Source of the DNA: Raillietiella orientalis
Lineage: Eukaryota
Direction: 5' to 3'
Assembly (NCBI GenBank): GCA_036172245.1
Contig: JAYWIR010000043.1
Location: 1 to 64,000 of the forward strand
Length of the DNA: 64,000 bases
Shown here: piece by piece, positions 13,029 to 26,401 of the stretch
How the letters are laid out: each line of letters opens with the position of its first letter
Numbering within the stretch: position 1 is the first letter of the stretch
Translations under genes and position numbers: made by a program
Notes under the pieces: generated by a model
The model's database searches: none
The model's input: only the letters and a program-made list of their open reading frames with translations
What the model was told of the DNA's origin: nothing

Positions 13029-14855
13029 ATCTCCCGTACATGTTCTGCGGAGATCTGATGGATCGCCTGCAGCAGCACGAGGTCGAAGGCTTGCAAGGTG
13101 GCAGCTATGTCTCGTCTCCTGCCGTCATCGCAAAGCCCGTTGATGTTCAAACTGGCGATTCGTATTTGACGGCAGGTGGCGAGTACAGGCATTACTGCTG
13201 GGAAAGTTATGCTGCGTCTCCCGTCTCCCCATCGGGCAGGATGCTTTATTTCTCCTCTGCGGTGGGGGACGCCTCGATGACACTCTCCGCTTGTATCGGC
13301 TTCGTCTCGAGCGGGTATCGGAGTTAAGGACTCGTGTCCATTTCTCCCACGCTCGCCACATTCTTGTTTCCGGAGGATTCCCTCACCTCGGAGGAGACGA
13401 ACCGGTTCGGGTTACGGATCTTCCGTCCGTTCTTCCTCGGATGTGCACACGCGGATTGTGCGTGTCCAGCCTTCGGGTACGAGTCCGAGGTACCGATCCC
13501 CCTCCTTTCGGCCGGACGTCGAACGGCCCTCTTCCCGGCCTTTGCGGGTGGTTGCTGAAGGGCGACGGCAAGCTCGGCGGAGCCTTTCGCAAAGTCCGCA
13601 TCATTAAGGCTCTTTCCTTCGCCGCAGCCCACGGTCGCTGTTTGCAAAGCGACGGGCTTGTCGGCGTTGTTGCACACGGCAACGGTCTGTTCTCACGGCA
13701 CTTCGTCTGTAAGACGCTCCAGTGCGATCGCGCATTTTTTCAGTCCTTGCTTATTCGCGGGTTTCGCGGTTTTTGCAAAGGCTTTATTCTTTTTCTTTAA
13801 ATTCTCTTTTTTGAGGCTGACCTTTTGCCAGTCAGACCCTTCTCTTTCCACCCCAGTTGACTGCGTTTCCGCAGACGGGATGATAGGCGTGTCCAGTTCA
13901 ACTGGCTCAGGGTACGCCTTTTTTTCTCCCGTCGGCCTGGACTCACCAGGCTTCTTTTTGCTCGCGTTCGTGTCTCTCGTGGCAGCAGCCGGCCCTCGCG
14001 TAGTTTTTTCGGGGCACACTTCTCCCGTGTGTCCTTTTGCCACGTACTTCACCAGATGATGTTGGGGTAGCCTTTCTTCACGTGCCCCGTAGCATCCCAG
14101 AATGCGCAGTACTTGGGTTTCCCAGATACTGGAGGTCGACAGCATCTGCGCCGACAACCAGTTTGTGGGAAATCCCAACGTCCTTGGCTACCGTGATGCG
14201 CGCAGGGGTGAGCCCGCTTAGAAGTTTGTCATAAGTACGGAATCTGTTGGACTTCGACCACAGTGCGTGCACGTTGCCAAATTTGCTCATTTCAACCCTG
14301 ACGGTGCTCAGGGACATCGTTAGGGTGATTCCAAAGAGGTGGACAATTATTGAGTTGTCCACCGGGACAGGGAAGATCTGGCGGCCCTCGATCCTCGCAA
14401 GGTTTCGCAGCAGTCTATGCGCCAACCCTGCTTCTTTGCAGGTCAGCTAGACATGCTGTCCCCGCTGCGGATGAAGAGACCCGACAGATCCTCCATGTTT
14501 ATATTCATTCTGTGGAGCTACTGCTCGAAGGAGCGCGCAACACGATCATCGAAAACCCGGACTACCTTGTACAGCAGGCTAGGGTTGTAATTGCAGGACT
14601 TGTAGGCCTAAGCCTTGGTCAAGGCCGCTACAAGTAACGCGGAAACCACGGCGCTGTAATCCCTCGCTGGCGCGTGGTACGATTCTTTTTAGGAAGATGC
14701 CCCTACCTCCATGAAACGGAAGATATGCGACCGTCGTCGCTCTCACATTTACTAGTAGAGATAACACGCATTGCTGCCATCCCAAAACAACTTAATCACC
14801 GCACTACACCAATACTCATAAGCGAGTCAGGAGAGCGTAAAGAAAACGCCTGACC
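13029..14855 (-). mobile_element. L1/Tx1 5' portion: decayed ORF1 and APE N-terminus
   Basis: FGNVHALW ORF1 segment, TAATG overlap at 13194-13190, and SLNINGL...LLQAIH. Confidence 0.8.
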
Positions 14856-14859
14856 GTCG

Positions 14860-15544
14860 GCACTGCGTGTGTTGCATTGGGAAATCCTTTGCCAAGCACG
14901 TTTTACTCTGGACGATAGAATAAGCAGATTCCAATTGTACCAGCAGCTAGGCAAGCTGAAACATTCCTTACCTACTATTGAAATATTACGGTTTCCTCCC
15001 AATGTGAAATCGAATTACGTGGAGTTTAGACATGCAACTTGCCGAGGCAGACAAATTTTTCCATCAACTCCAGATATAGGTCGCCCTGCTAAGAGCTGCG
15101 CCTGTAGCAGTTCTGTGTAGCAAACGCAGTATCCTGGATAAACTAACTGCATCGAGATGAGGCCACGACAGCCGGAATGCCATTCACCGGGCAGCCACCT
15201 CCATGGAGAAAGGTTCCATATGTCTCCAGCTTCAAACATTCTGATCTACACATGTTCGCATCTAATACCGGATGTAGAGGACCAGTCACGCTGAGTAGCG
15301 ATCGCTTTTCTCTCTTCCCCGGAGAACATGGACGCCTCTCATGCATTTTTGATTTGTGGTTGCTTGTGGTTCTCTTATCGCCAGCGCCAGTTACGAGGAC
15401 CTCACCGGCCTGCAAGCCTCTGAAGGAAAGTGTCAGAAGACGGGCAAAACCACGTGCTCTTCCGGAAAAATACTTTTAAACTTCATGGTATCATTTTTTT
15501 TTTATAATTGTAATTACAGATATCCTAGTAAATCCAGGTGAAAA
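14860..15544 (+). mobile_element. Decayed 3' fragment of a family C element
   Basis: Resembles the reverse complement of 42500-42930 (RNAIH segment). Ends in CCAGGTGAAAA. Confidence 0.65.
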
Positions 15545-17552
15545 TATTCGGTATACGCGCGGCAGGCGTGTCGGATTCTTCCATTGCTCGCTCCGCACCA
15601 GCTCAAAGTAGATGCTGGAGTGCACGTGGCTCATTGTGTCTCTCTACTTCATCCCGCGGTTTCCCGGCACACCGCACACGTGCCTTCCGCTTAAAGAGAT
15701 ATTGATTAGTGGGTCGCAGCAGCAACAGAACAGTATGGTTAGTAAGGAAGTTGGTGATCCCACGAATCCAAGAAGCTTCAGAGGAATCTCCTGGTCGGCG
15801 CGCTCGAATGCTTTGCGTGAGTCACCTGCGACTGCGATGGACGAAACTCTCGAACGACCGTTGCGCAAATCATCGGCGTATCTTGTGATAATGAAAAGAG
15901 CAAGGAATCCAGCACAAGCCTCCAGTTCTTGCGATATGGCACTCTTGATTTCAGTGAGCGGTGAAGTTTCAGCTGCTGCCATTTATTACGAGCGTATGTT
16001 TAACGCCGCATTGTGTCTGTCCAATTTCCTAGTGCTCAGATGCCTTTTGCAATGGCAAACTACATGACCAATGCGTCTTTCGGATGCGGATGGTGTAGTC
16101 ATGTTCCGCTCAATCCTAAGAGCTAAACATTGCCGTTCAGTGTCAACTGCTCAATTCCGGAACTGTGTATGAACCGCTAGTCACTGAAGAGTAATAGCAC
16201 GCTGCACTACAGGCTAAAATTTCACGCAGAGTGTGGAACCACGCGAACAATCTCGATCTGGCATCGCAAGTAAAATCTCGATTACGTGGAGGATCCCAAC
16301 CCTGCGTATGGTGCGTGCCACAACATTCTGATCAGACACGTGAAGAGACCGATTGGGAAGAATGATCGTCACTGCACTATGTGGATAGTTTTACTGAATG
16401 CGCAGTCTCTTCGAGGGTAGCTGATCAGGGGCTTGCAGCATTTTTTTTTGGGTGATGCACTGGGGGAGCCGTCTGCCGACTCATATATGCAGCGACAATT
16501 TTTGCTTCTGACAATAGTCGCATTGTTTCCAGGATGGCCTCATTTACTGAGTCTTTCGAGAACACACCAATAACCGATTGATGACACGCTAACATTTCAA
16601 CGTGGAAGCAGTGGACATATACTGGAACTCCTCCGCTAGTGTTAGCATGCCCAGGAATCCTTGAGGCACAAAACCGTATAGATTTTTTCTGCATTTACCA
16701 CTTTGTTCCCTTGCTTCAGTTTTTTTCCATCGTGGAAATTTAAGTCTCTACAGTTTTTCCTGAGTATTTCATGCAGCATGCATATTATTGCTACCTTCCT
16801 TGAGGAAATTCATCGCTATATTGAGTTTCTTTACTCTATGGACAGTAGCGAATCATCTTCTCTTCCCAGTGAAGCTGTCGTAATGTGCTGCTGACATATG
16901 CAATGACAAGTGTTTTCCGAGTTCTTACAAGGCTGAACATTTCTCGGGAAATTTGTTTGGCATCTGCGAAACTGACTCCGATTTTTCTTTTTTATGGCCT
17001 GCATCCAGCTGGCTGCAGCCTTTCTGGAAAGTTGCCTGCACGGTACGCTTTTTGCACCCGTCGCTGCAATCGAAAACGACCAAATCTTAATCCCATCCTT
17101 TTTACTCACCTTTAACATTCCTCCCTTTCCTAAAGTGCTGTCGCTTCGTTGGAAGATCGGTGTGCTTCAGCGAACCATCGAAGAACTGAGGAGCCATCAT
17201 GATGTCGATGAGGCAAGTGGTGAGAATATTACTAGATTTATGGAGCTCCAATCAGTGAAATTACTATAACCTGTTCTATATTTGTTTATTGGGGACATTC
17301 AGTAAGCCTGTACTCTCCATTTGAATGTTCGCTTTTTGAATCATGTTTGCATTCTTCATCTCTTCTTCACCCTGTTTCTTTGCTATCCAAGTAGCTTGCA
17401 TTCGAATCTGCCCAGCCTGCATATCTACAGGTGGCATATGTTTCCTGTGAGTAGAGATGCTTGAGTCTGGATTTGAACGCGAAACTACATTTCTGAAACC
17501 CAACTGTAGCAATGCTCTCGCTATTGTCAACGATTTATCTTAATTTCACCTC

Positions 17553-17690
17553 ATCTAACCTGACGTAGCGTAACCTAACGTAACCTAACCTACCCCTTCC
17601 CCTCACTTCCCAATGTAAACTAATTTAACAAACCCCTACCTCTACTGTCCAACCTAACTTAACCTTACCTAACGTACACTATCGTAACCA
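17553..17690. repeat. Degenerate (CCTAA/TTAGG)n-like tract
   Basis: taacctaacgtaacctaacctacc ... aacctaacttaaccttacctaac. Confidence 0.65.
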
Positions 17691-17774
17691 CTATCTCTAC
17701 GCAGTTTTCTTTTTCCTGTTGTAACTTCACCACTTTTCTCTCCTTAATTGGATTTCTTTATTTCGTTTTTCCTT

Positions 17775-18191
17775 TTACATTGCTTCTCTGATTATCAAGT
17801 ATAAGAGTGTGAATACGAGAAATTTCATTTGATCCATGGTTCCTTGTGCATGGTTCCCCACTAAACGGCACAGTGAGTTTGCAGACTCTCTTCCATCGTA
17901 ATTATGAAGTCTTAAAACTCCACATAGTTGTCTGATTTTCGTAAGTCCACGTTCTTGGAACCTCCTTTTCCATGTACGATCTATGTATGGTATCGTATCT
18001 ATGTCATCATTCCAGTTCCATACATTGACGAAATCCCAAAATTGATCGTCGTTCAACAATTCGTAGTATAAGTTCCTTTGCAACCATCTGTACAGTATTT
18101 GTAGCTCATTCATGATTATTTCCTTTTCACGAACTGTCAAGTCCTCAGGTGCTGTTTCCATGTGTAGGGACCTCAAATTTCTAAGTTTCAA
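17775..18191 (-). CDS. Orphan AT-rich ORF of unknown function, paralogue of 25988-26401
   Basis: 138 open codons that align without gaps to the second copy. The start is uncertain and homology continues upstream through stops. Confidence 0.45.
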   Translation of the reverse strand: MKLRNLRSLHMETAPEDLTVREKEIIMNELQILYRWLQRNLYYELLNDDQFWDFVNVWNWNDDIDTIPYIDRTWKRRFQERGLTKIRQLCGVLRLHNYDGRESANSLCRLVGNHAQGTMDQMKFLVFTLLYLIIREAM

Positions 18192-20049
18192 GGTAACAAT
18201 TAGTTGATTCTTTTCTTGGAAAGGTATGTCTGGAATTTTTTATAAAATGCTTTGTGTTGCAAGTGAAATGGAGACCTTTAACTTCCCAATTTGAATTGCT
18301 TCCTATATTATGCCTTCTTCTAGTTCGTAATTTTTGTTGCTATGCAACAATCTGCAACCAGTTCGCTGTTGTATGTTTCATCGATTTGTTTAACGCCTGA
18401 TGCCGATGTTTGTTGGTTTTTTATTGAATAATGTTTTGCGGAATGCTTGTGAAACGGAGTCCCAGTGCTAACAGTTGAAAATACATCTTCATTTTGCTTG
18501 ACTTCTTTGAAGTCGAACTCAAAAGAGGCGTTGTACCTCATGTTTTTCTTTTCTAATATGTCTTTCTTTTTTAATTTTCCAAGGCATAATTCGTTCCTGA
18601 AATATGCAAACATTTTTTTGGTAAAGTTTACCTTGATGTTTGAATCTTTCAAAGCTACTCACGGCCTTCCTGATCAATCGTTTTTCTATTTATCATCTTA
18701 GGGCTTCATTTTGTGTTAAATATTTCGAGGATGTCATCTACTTTTTAGTGCGGAAGTTATCTACATTATCTACATGATATAGGATATACTTCTTCTTGCT
18801 CAACACACAGCTTAGAAGTGCTGAAACAGTGAAACCAACTTTATCTGAAGGCCTCCGCTATTCCGCAATCGGCGGCAAGTTTTCTTGGTCTTTTTTTTAT
18901 ATTTATTTAACAGGTGTCTTCGCCACATGGTTGCCTTATAGCTTCGTTGAGCGTCTTTTACCTTCTCTATTACTTTTTTCTTCTGAAAGTGATGATATAC
19001 TGGTTTTTCTCTCTTCCTATTCTTCTGCACAAGTATTCTTTTAAAGACAATAGCGCTGACGAGAGCAAAGTTTCTCATGCTAACGTACATTTACTCGAAT
19101 AATATAGGATATCTTGAGCTTGGAACGATTAAATTGCAATGATAGGGACCGTTATACTAGCTTTCTGTTTCGCTACTAGCTACTGTCTATCCTGCGAACG
19201 GTTTTCCGCATGCAGGCGGTACCATTATCGTGGCGGCAGTGGATCTATTTTAAATTCTTGCGGTCTACGTTTCTTCCCTTGAAAGCTCAATCCACAGTGG
19301 GAGAAGTGATGGTTTCGGAGTGCAGCAATACACGCAATTTGCTCGTTTGCGTTGCCTTCCTGTACGGTACCAAGTTCTCGGACGTACCTTAATTTGCTCC
19401 ATACCGACCCCAGAAGGGCAACAATCCTCATCTTGTGCGGAAGCTGTTGCCTCTTGAGAAGCAGCAGTCCTTGTCCATCATCCCGTTCTGGAGAGAACAA
19501 GTCGTTAATCTGGTTTTGGAACCACTTCCATCTGGAACCAAGTTCCAGAAATCGATCACACCTAGTTTTTTTGTAATTTTCGCTTTGCTGGGAAGGAATG
19601 CCTTCAAAAAACAAGGAAAGTAAAAGGGAAAGAACAAAGTGTTGAACACCGCAGCCCGTTTCGGCAATATAAATGGTCAACCAGGAACAGAGCGATCACA
19701 GTGTCAGCCTTTTAGTGACACTTGAATTACGCCTCCGCAGTTAAATGGTCTTCAAGCGGCACACTGTGGTGACTAAAGAATAGAATCGCGGAGATTTTTG
19801 ATCGACACCTGACATACCAACATCAAATGGGCTACTACCGCGTACAACTTTATTTTGCTCATCTCTAGTCCCTTCTTTCGGCGTAGTACTCTGAGGAAAT
19901 TTTCGAGTGTCGGTGCTGAGGTGAAATTCAGGTGCAGCAGCAGCAGATCGTTTGTATAAGCGGGCATAACTTTTGTGCTTGGGCATATTCTTAGAGTCCC
20001 AACTAAAGGTTTTGTCCTCTGGAGTGTCCGCCACGGTATTTTTCCTGGA

Positions 20050-21160
20050 GAAGTAGAGTGATCCACAGTGTGTTGGAACAGTACCATTTTTCTGTTGTAT
20101 TCACAGGAGATCACGATGCTTGTTCCGCATTGGGGACACCTTTGGGATGCACGTTTTGACTCTGTTCAATAGAATCTGTGAATTCCAATCGTGCAAGAAG
20201 GTAGGAAAGGAAAAAGTTTCCTTACCTACAAATGCAATATAACGGTTTTTACCCAATATAGAGTCGACTGTCTTGGAGTTGAGACATGTCCCTTGACGAG
20301 CCAAACAACATTTGTAATCACCTCCAGATAAGGTCGCCCTAACGGCAGCTGCGCTTGTAACAGATCTGTGTTGCAAACGCAGTATCCCATGTAAGCTCAA
20401 TGCATCGAGATGAGGCATCAACAGCCGCAACCCCATTCACCGGGCAGACATCTCCATGGAGAAGGCTTCCATAGAGCGCCAGAGTTAAACATTCAGATCT
20501 GCACTGGTTCGCATCCAATACCGGATACAGAGGACCACTCGCGCTGAGTACTGATCGCTTTCCTCTCCTCCCCTGAGAACATTGAAGACTCAAATGCATT
20601 TTCAATTTTTACTTGCTCGTGGTTTTCTTGTCTCCAGAGCCATTTACGAGGATCTTTCCGGCCTGCAAGCCTCTGAAGGGAAGTGTTACAAGACAAAGCA
20701 TACCACGTGCTCTGAAGAAAAAATACTTTTAGGCTTGTTTGTATGATAAATTTTTTTGTATAAATTACATGATAAATAGTATGATAAATCGTTATAGCTA
20801 ATATCCTGGTATAATCATGTAAAAATCTTCGGTCAACGCGCGTTAGTCGTGTCGGATTCTCGCATTGCTCGCTCCGCATTAGCTCAATATGGATGCAGGA
20901 GTAGATGTGTTTCTATCTGTCGCTCTACTTTATCCCATGGTTCGCCGGCCCACCGCCCAGGTTCCTACGAGTAAGAGAGATATTGCTAACTGTGTCGCAG
21001 CTTCAGAAAGAACTGTAATGCCAGTGAGTAGATCGGTAATCGGAAGCATTCAAGAACCTCTAGAGGAATCCCCTGGTTGGCGCGCTCGAATGCTTCGCGT
21101 AAGTTATCTGCGACTGGGAGCGCCGACACGCTCGAACGACTATTCCGCCGATCATCGGCG
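20050..21160. repeat. Diverged duplicate of about 14860-15880 (family C 3' end plus antisense RT remnant)
   Basis: Colinear nucleotide similarity including the junction (15544/15545 versus 20825/20826). Confidence 0.7.
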
Positions 21161-24100
21161 GTCGTTTCGTAATTCGGAGTGCCGACTTTGTCATATTCAT
21201 TTTTTCTTCCCCTCAAAAACTGGGACCAGGTTTTCGCGTTTTGGTATCCATTCTCCACTCGGAAACAGCATTGTTTTGTTCTTCGTTAATGTAGCTCTGC
21301 GCCATTAGCCCCGGTAACCCCGACGAAAGTTTTGCCTTCAGATGGCGCCCGCTTTCAAGAGGATGAGACCGATCTGTTGTGGTGCTCTTGCAAGGATTAC
21401 TGTTGCGAATGGACATGCAGAATGTCCTCGAGCAGCTCAAAGAATATAGGAAGTTCTCTGCGTATTAGTCTAGGTTAAAAATGTTTCTTGGATTTCAGGG
21501 TCTGTTTAGCGTCTTCGATGCATTCCGCTTGATCTAACACAAAAGGAAGCAGCGTTCTCAGCGTGTGCGAATCAAACAGCTCTACGTTGATCTCTGGTGG
21601 TTCGGAAAGTCAGGACTATGAAGCCATTGTAATGAAATTAAACGAATGAGAAGAACCTTGGAAATTATTTGTCATGGCTGAAGACTAAAAATGCTCATAA
21701 AGTGTGTCTGCACAAAAAGATTGGTACACGGTATGCTCAGCGCAAAACTATTAAAATCATAGCAGGAGCAAAGGAGGGAAACAAAAGGAATAAGCAAAAG
21801 GGTCCACCACAGCAAAACCTAACTTTATCCGTGTACTTTTATATTAGGAAAGAAATAAGCAGTGAAGTGACATGACAAGTCGCGACATTCAAAAAGAAAA
21901 TTAGGAGGCTTCCTTAAACCCAAAATGAATTCCATAACACAGAGGTGATCGCTGACAATCTGCTGGACTGCGAGTTGATGTTTCATCGGATCCGAACTAA
22001 TGACGATACGATAGGAAGGGGCGTGTTGACTGCTGTAGCATATGGTGTTGCTGAACCGATAGACAGAGACCACAGTCTTGTATTGCTGTCACCTTTTCGG
22101 AGGAGGAGATCAGGCATATGCCTTGAAAAGTAAAGTTTGCGTAACAAAAAAGCCGTAAAACCTTCTGCAACTTTTCACTCAACGGCGGCACCGCTATGGA
22201 CGTACACCTGGTTGAGGAAAACACCAATAGAGATGCGGAAGCAACGGAAACCTTTTTAAACAGCAGAACTCCCAGAGTGGAAATGCGTCTACCCAGGGAT
22301 AGGATACATCACCATTGAACACACCGATCGCGTAGCCCGGTGAAAGGGAGAATTTCCACTAAAGCATTATTTCATCTAGTAGAACAAAGCTAATGGAGCT
22401 TATGAAGTATAGAGACGTAAGCTTTCTAACTCTTTCATCATTAACGTAGGAGGTGCAACATCGACATGCAAGTAGTGATGCGCGCTCTCGACTAATACCT
22501 GCGTTCATGCGTATCCTCTGGAGATGACCACGGACTGCACGACGACGGCTGGACACGGTTCGCCGTTGCCGCCTTTGGCTTATTGGACCTGCTTCTCTAC
22601 GAAAGTGTTCAAGAAATTGAATCGACTGTTATCGAAGAATAGCATCAGCGTCGCGGATGAGAGGATTTCTGCATTTCACTCTCACTAAAACCAATCGTGC
22701 AAGGTGTGAACCCGGACGTTCACTTCGAAGAGGAAGGTTGAGTGAAACAGCTTGTACCAAAGTGTACCAGATCGATCAATCTCGTCTTAGCAAACATATA
22801 TGCACCAGGCGACTCACAAATGCTCGTGACGCGGACCAGCTCCTTTGAAGTTCCGAAGAGGAGATTGTTGATGGCAGATTGTGCGCAAAGAGAGTAGAAG
22901 GTTTCAACATTCTTTCTGAGTGTGAACTGCAGAAAGAGCATGATCGTTTTCGAGGGAGTGTCGTGGGAAGGGCAGTCCGACCTGATTAACCTGCAATATT
23001 AAAAGGTGGGTATTTGAATTAAATTGGCGTTCCGATAGGAGTCTCTGACTCCGCAGAAGAGTGCTCGGACTGCTTATAATTGGCAGAGTTGATCCTTGAA
23101 CCTTTCTTCCATGAAAAGCCAGCAAACCGGAAACGCGTTGTTATTTCGAACACCTATGCGGCTCTCCTCGTGTGACTTCCTTTTTTAGCTTTTCACACTA
23201 CCCTATCAGGCAAAGCATCGGGATCATTGCCTACTGGAGAGCGGTCCCCGGAGAAACGCGACGTCCAGGATCCTCCTGCAACACTTGGCATCTCAGCGTC
23301 GGTTCAGTTATCCTTAAACAGGGCAAATCAAGCTGCGAGTGCGTTTCTGAATGCTGCAACTTTGTGCTTAGTTGTGCACTTAGTTGCTGTAGGAATTTGC
23401 ATGCATACTTCTACAGAGATGCAACGGCAGCGAAGCCCTGTTTTTTTTGTTGCTGAACTCGAGTTATAGATGCAAAGGCTCAGGCTAGTTCCCTCCTAAA
23501 GCAACTGGACTTTCCAGAGGAAGACCATCCCTGAGTCTCCTGCATCACAACGAGCTTTAACGCTGTCAGCAGTAAACTGTAGAATCCTGAGGCGCATTCC
23601 AGAAAATGCACCTTTCAGACAACCACTTTCGCAGACATCTGTTGCCACTCCCTCTAAAAGTGTTCCTGCAGAACGGGGTGATTTTTTCGACACTGACTTC
23701 CACACCCGTCGTCACTGCACAGTTTGCTCTTAGGATGAGAGAAGATACAATAGTCAGTTTTTGAGAACGATGGTTTTTTGCATCAACTCACGAAATACGA
23801 AACTTCTCGATGCCTGTTACTCGCGTAATTTGCTGGACGCCTCCAGTGCACGTTCTGTGGCAAAGAAAAACATCTCTAGGGCGTAGTATTCACTATTTCC
23901 CGTAAAGAACTAGTGCTTCTCCTGATATGTTGGACAGTTCGTTGTTCCCCCTCGCCTGGAAACAGAGCGTGCTGCTTCTCTTCTACTGCGGATTCTATAG
24001 TAACGAACGACAGAATTGAGTTTCCGGAGAGGTTGCTTGTATACTTCTTTGAACTTCTAGGCCGCATCGTCATTGTGGTACCAACTTCAACACGACTCAA

Positions 24101-24230
24101 GGACAAGTGCATCTATTTCGACCGCTGTGTTCTATGTCTCGGAATCACTCCTCATGCACTAGTATTTGGTGATGCTGCGGTTCCTAAAAGCACCGATTGA
24201 CCTCTTCCTGTTTTCGTATGAGATCGTCAC
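21160..24230 (+). mobile_element. Decayed L1/Tx1 material present only in the second duplicate block
   Basis: LDSSLFPLAWKQSVLL near 23930-23980 matches the family A ORF2 C-terminus. The segment is absent at the matching position (about 15880) of the first block. Confidence 0.5.
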
Positions 24231-25869
24231 CCCAATGATGAAGGCTCAGTATGAATCGCAAGCCTACATGTAGTACTGTTGATTTCAGGGAGCTCTGAAG
24301 TGGCTGCAGCTACTTTTTATGAGCGGATGTTCAATGCCGCATTGTGTCTGTCCAATATTCTAGTGCTGAGATGCATTTCGCAATGGCAAAACACATGACC
24401 GATGCGTCCTTCGGATACGGACGGTGTTCGAGTGTTTCTCTAAATCCTAAGAACTAAAAATTGCCATTCAGTGTCAACTGGTTAAATCAGGAACAGTGCA
24501 TGAACCGCCAGTCACTGAAGCGTAATGGCCCACAGCGCTCCAGGAAACAATTTGCGCAGAGTTGAAAACCACGCAGACGAACTTTATCAGACATCGCATG
24601 TAAAATCTAGATTCTGCGGAAGCGCCTAACCGGACGTATGGTGCGTACAAAAACATTCTGATTAGACTCGCGAAGAGTCCATTGGGAAGAATGATCGTCA
24701 CTGCACTATGTGGATGGTTGCACTCAATGCGAAATCTCTTCGAGGGTAGCTGATGAGGGGCTTGCAACATTTTTTTTTGATGATGTAGTGTGGAAGCCGT
24801 GTGCATAATCCAACATGCAGAGACAACTTGTGCATCTGATAGTTGTCGTTTTTTTTCACGCATGGCCTTCTTCAACAAGACTTGAGAGAAATGGCGAACA
24901 AATGGGTGAAGGCACCCTACGATTTAAACGTGAATACAGTGGACATAGTGCGGAACCCCTCCGCTAGTGTGAGCATGCCCAAGAATCCTTGAGTTACAAA
25001 ACCGTACAGATTTTTTTTCTATGTACCACTTTGTATCCTTGCTTCAGATTTGCGCCGTGTGGAGATTTAAATCTTTACCCTATCCACTGAGGCTTTCATG
25101 CAGCATGCAGATTTTTTTTACTTTCCGTGTGGAGGTTCATCGCTTCCTTGAGTTTCTTTTCTGAATGGGCAGCATCGACTGATCTTCGATTCCCAGTAAA
25201 GCTGTCGTAATGTGCTGCTGACGTATGCAATGACAAATATTGCTCCGAGTACTTTACAAGGCTGAACAAAGATTTCTTGGAAAATTTGTTTTGCATCTAC
25301 GAAGCTGTTTCAAATTTTGCCCGTTTATTTCCTGCATTTACCTGGCTTCAGCATTTCTCGAAAGTTGCATGCAAGGTGCGCTTCTTGCACCCCTTACTGC
25401 AATTGAAATTGACCAAATTTGAATCCCATCATTTCCATTCACCTTTAACATTCCTCGCTTTCCTGAGGGGCTGTTGCTCTTCTAGAGATTCGGTCTGCAT
25501 CAGGGAACAAACTGAGTAGAACTGAGAAGGAATCATGATGCCGAAGATGCACATTGTGAGATTGTTTAAAGTCTGATGGGGATTCAAGGGTTTTATTTCT
25601 GTAACCTACGCTATATTTGTTTATTGGCAACATTATTCTTATGCTCTCCACTTTGAGCATCCGCTTTTTCAATGATGTTTAAATGCTTGATATCTTCTTT
25701 TTGTTTCTTTGTAGTGTAAGCAGCTTGCTTTCTTAGCACCCCAGCTTGCATGCCTACTGGTGGCATCTCGTTCACGGAAGCAGCGATGCATCTTTTTGGA
25801 TTTGAACGCGGAGCTGCTTTTGGGGGATTTCGCTGCTGCGACTTCGTTGCTACTGTGAATGGCTAGCAC

Positions 25870-25916
25870 TAATTAAACTTAGGTTAACCTAACCTAACCA
25901 AAACTAACTATAACCC
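25870..25916. repeat. Short degenerate CCTAA-like tract
   Basis: ttaggttaacctaacctaaccaaaactaactataaccc. Confidence 0.55.
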
Positions 25917-25987
25917 TATTCCGGTTTTGTTTTGTGTAATATGAGTGTACCATGTCACAGTTGTTTCTTCGTTTTCTTTATTTCTTT

Positions 25988-26401
25988 TCATTCGTTTTTC
26001 CAATCTGAGTACTTGATCCACCAGAGGAGCATTAATGTAAGAAATTTCAGTTCATTCATTGTTTGCCTTACAATATCTCCCACCAAATGACAAAGCATGA
26101 TTGTAAACATCCATGCTTTGTTATCAAAATTTCTGAGAAATTCAACTAGATGTCTCATTTTCGTAAATCCTATCTCTCGAAGCCTTATTTTTAATCTGTA
26201 ATCTATGAATGGTATTATATCTACGCTGTCATTCAATTCTGCTGTAGTGATGAAATGCTGAAATAGTTCGCTGTTGAAAAATGCGTAGTATGGTGTCGTT
26301 ACCACCCAATTGTAGAGTTTTTTCATCTCGTACTGGATCCTGTCCTCTTTAGAAATTTGCCCAATTACAAGATGATTTTCCATGCCAAAAGTACCTAACA
26401 T
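25988..26401 (-). CDS. Orphan AT-rich ORF of unknown function, paralogue of 17775-18191
   Basis: 137 open codons. Shared blocks LYxW, YY, NDxxDxIPxID, GxTKxRxL, LCxLVG and TMxxxKFL. Confidence 0.45.
   Translation of the reverse strand: MLGTFGMENHLVIGQISKEDRIQYEMKKLYNWVVTTPYYAFFNSELFQHFITTAELNDSVDIIPFIDYRLKIRLREIGFTKMRHLVEFLRNFDNKAWMFTIMLCHLVGDIVRQTMNELKFLTLMLLWWIKYSDWKNE

Larger units (their letters stand above)
15545..19150 (-). pseudogene. Ancient, heavily decayed L1/Tx1 element (ORF1 tail, EN, linker, RT) with an internal unknown segment
   Basis: Remnant motifs in the expected order: DQLPSKRL, HAPYA, YYSS, AGDSRKAFE, SIYFEL. Many stops and indels. Confidence 0.55.

Noticed and set aside
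15520..15600. Family C site specificity inferred from matching junctions at 15544 and 20825
   Set aside because: Both lie in a segmental duplication, and another C end (42226) is in a different target.
15985..16075. Minus-strand peptide CHC...LDRHNAALNI resembling the TnpB/Fanzor DRDxNAAxNI motif, present in both duplicates
   Set aside because: The spacing is one residue short and I saw no other RuvC motifs. The position fits the decayed KLKRRKAPG region of an L1 ORF2.
16280..16720. Harbinger transposase-like words (SGK..LYGF, LPNGL)
   Set aside because: They lie in inconsistent frames, and the region is better explained as an ORF2 EN/linker remnant.
17553..17690. True telomere, or telomere-targeting elements
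   Set aside because: The tracts are short, degenerate and interstitial, and no element junction falls within them.
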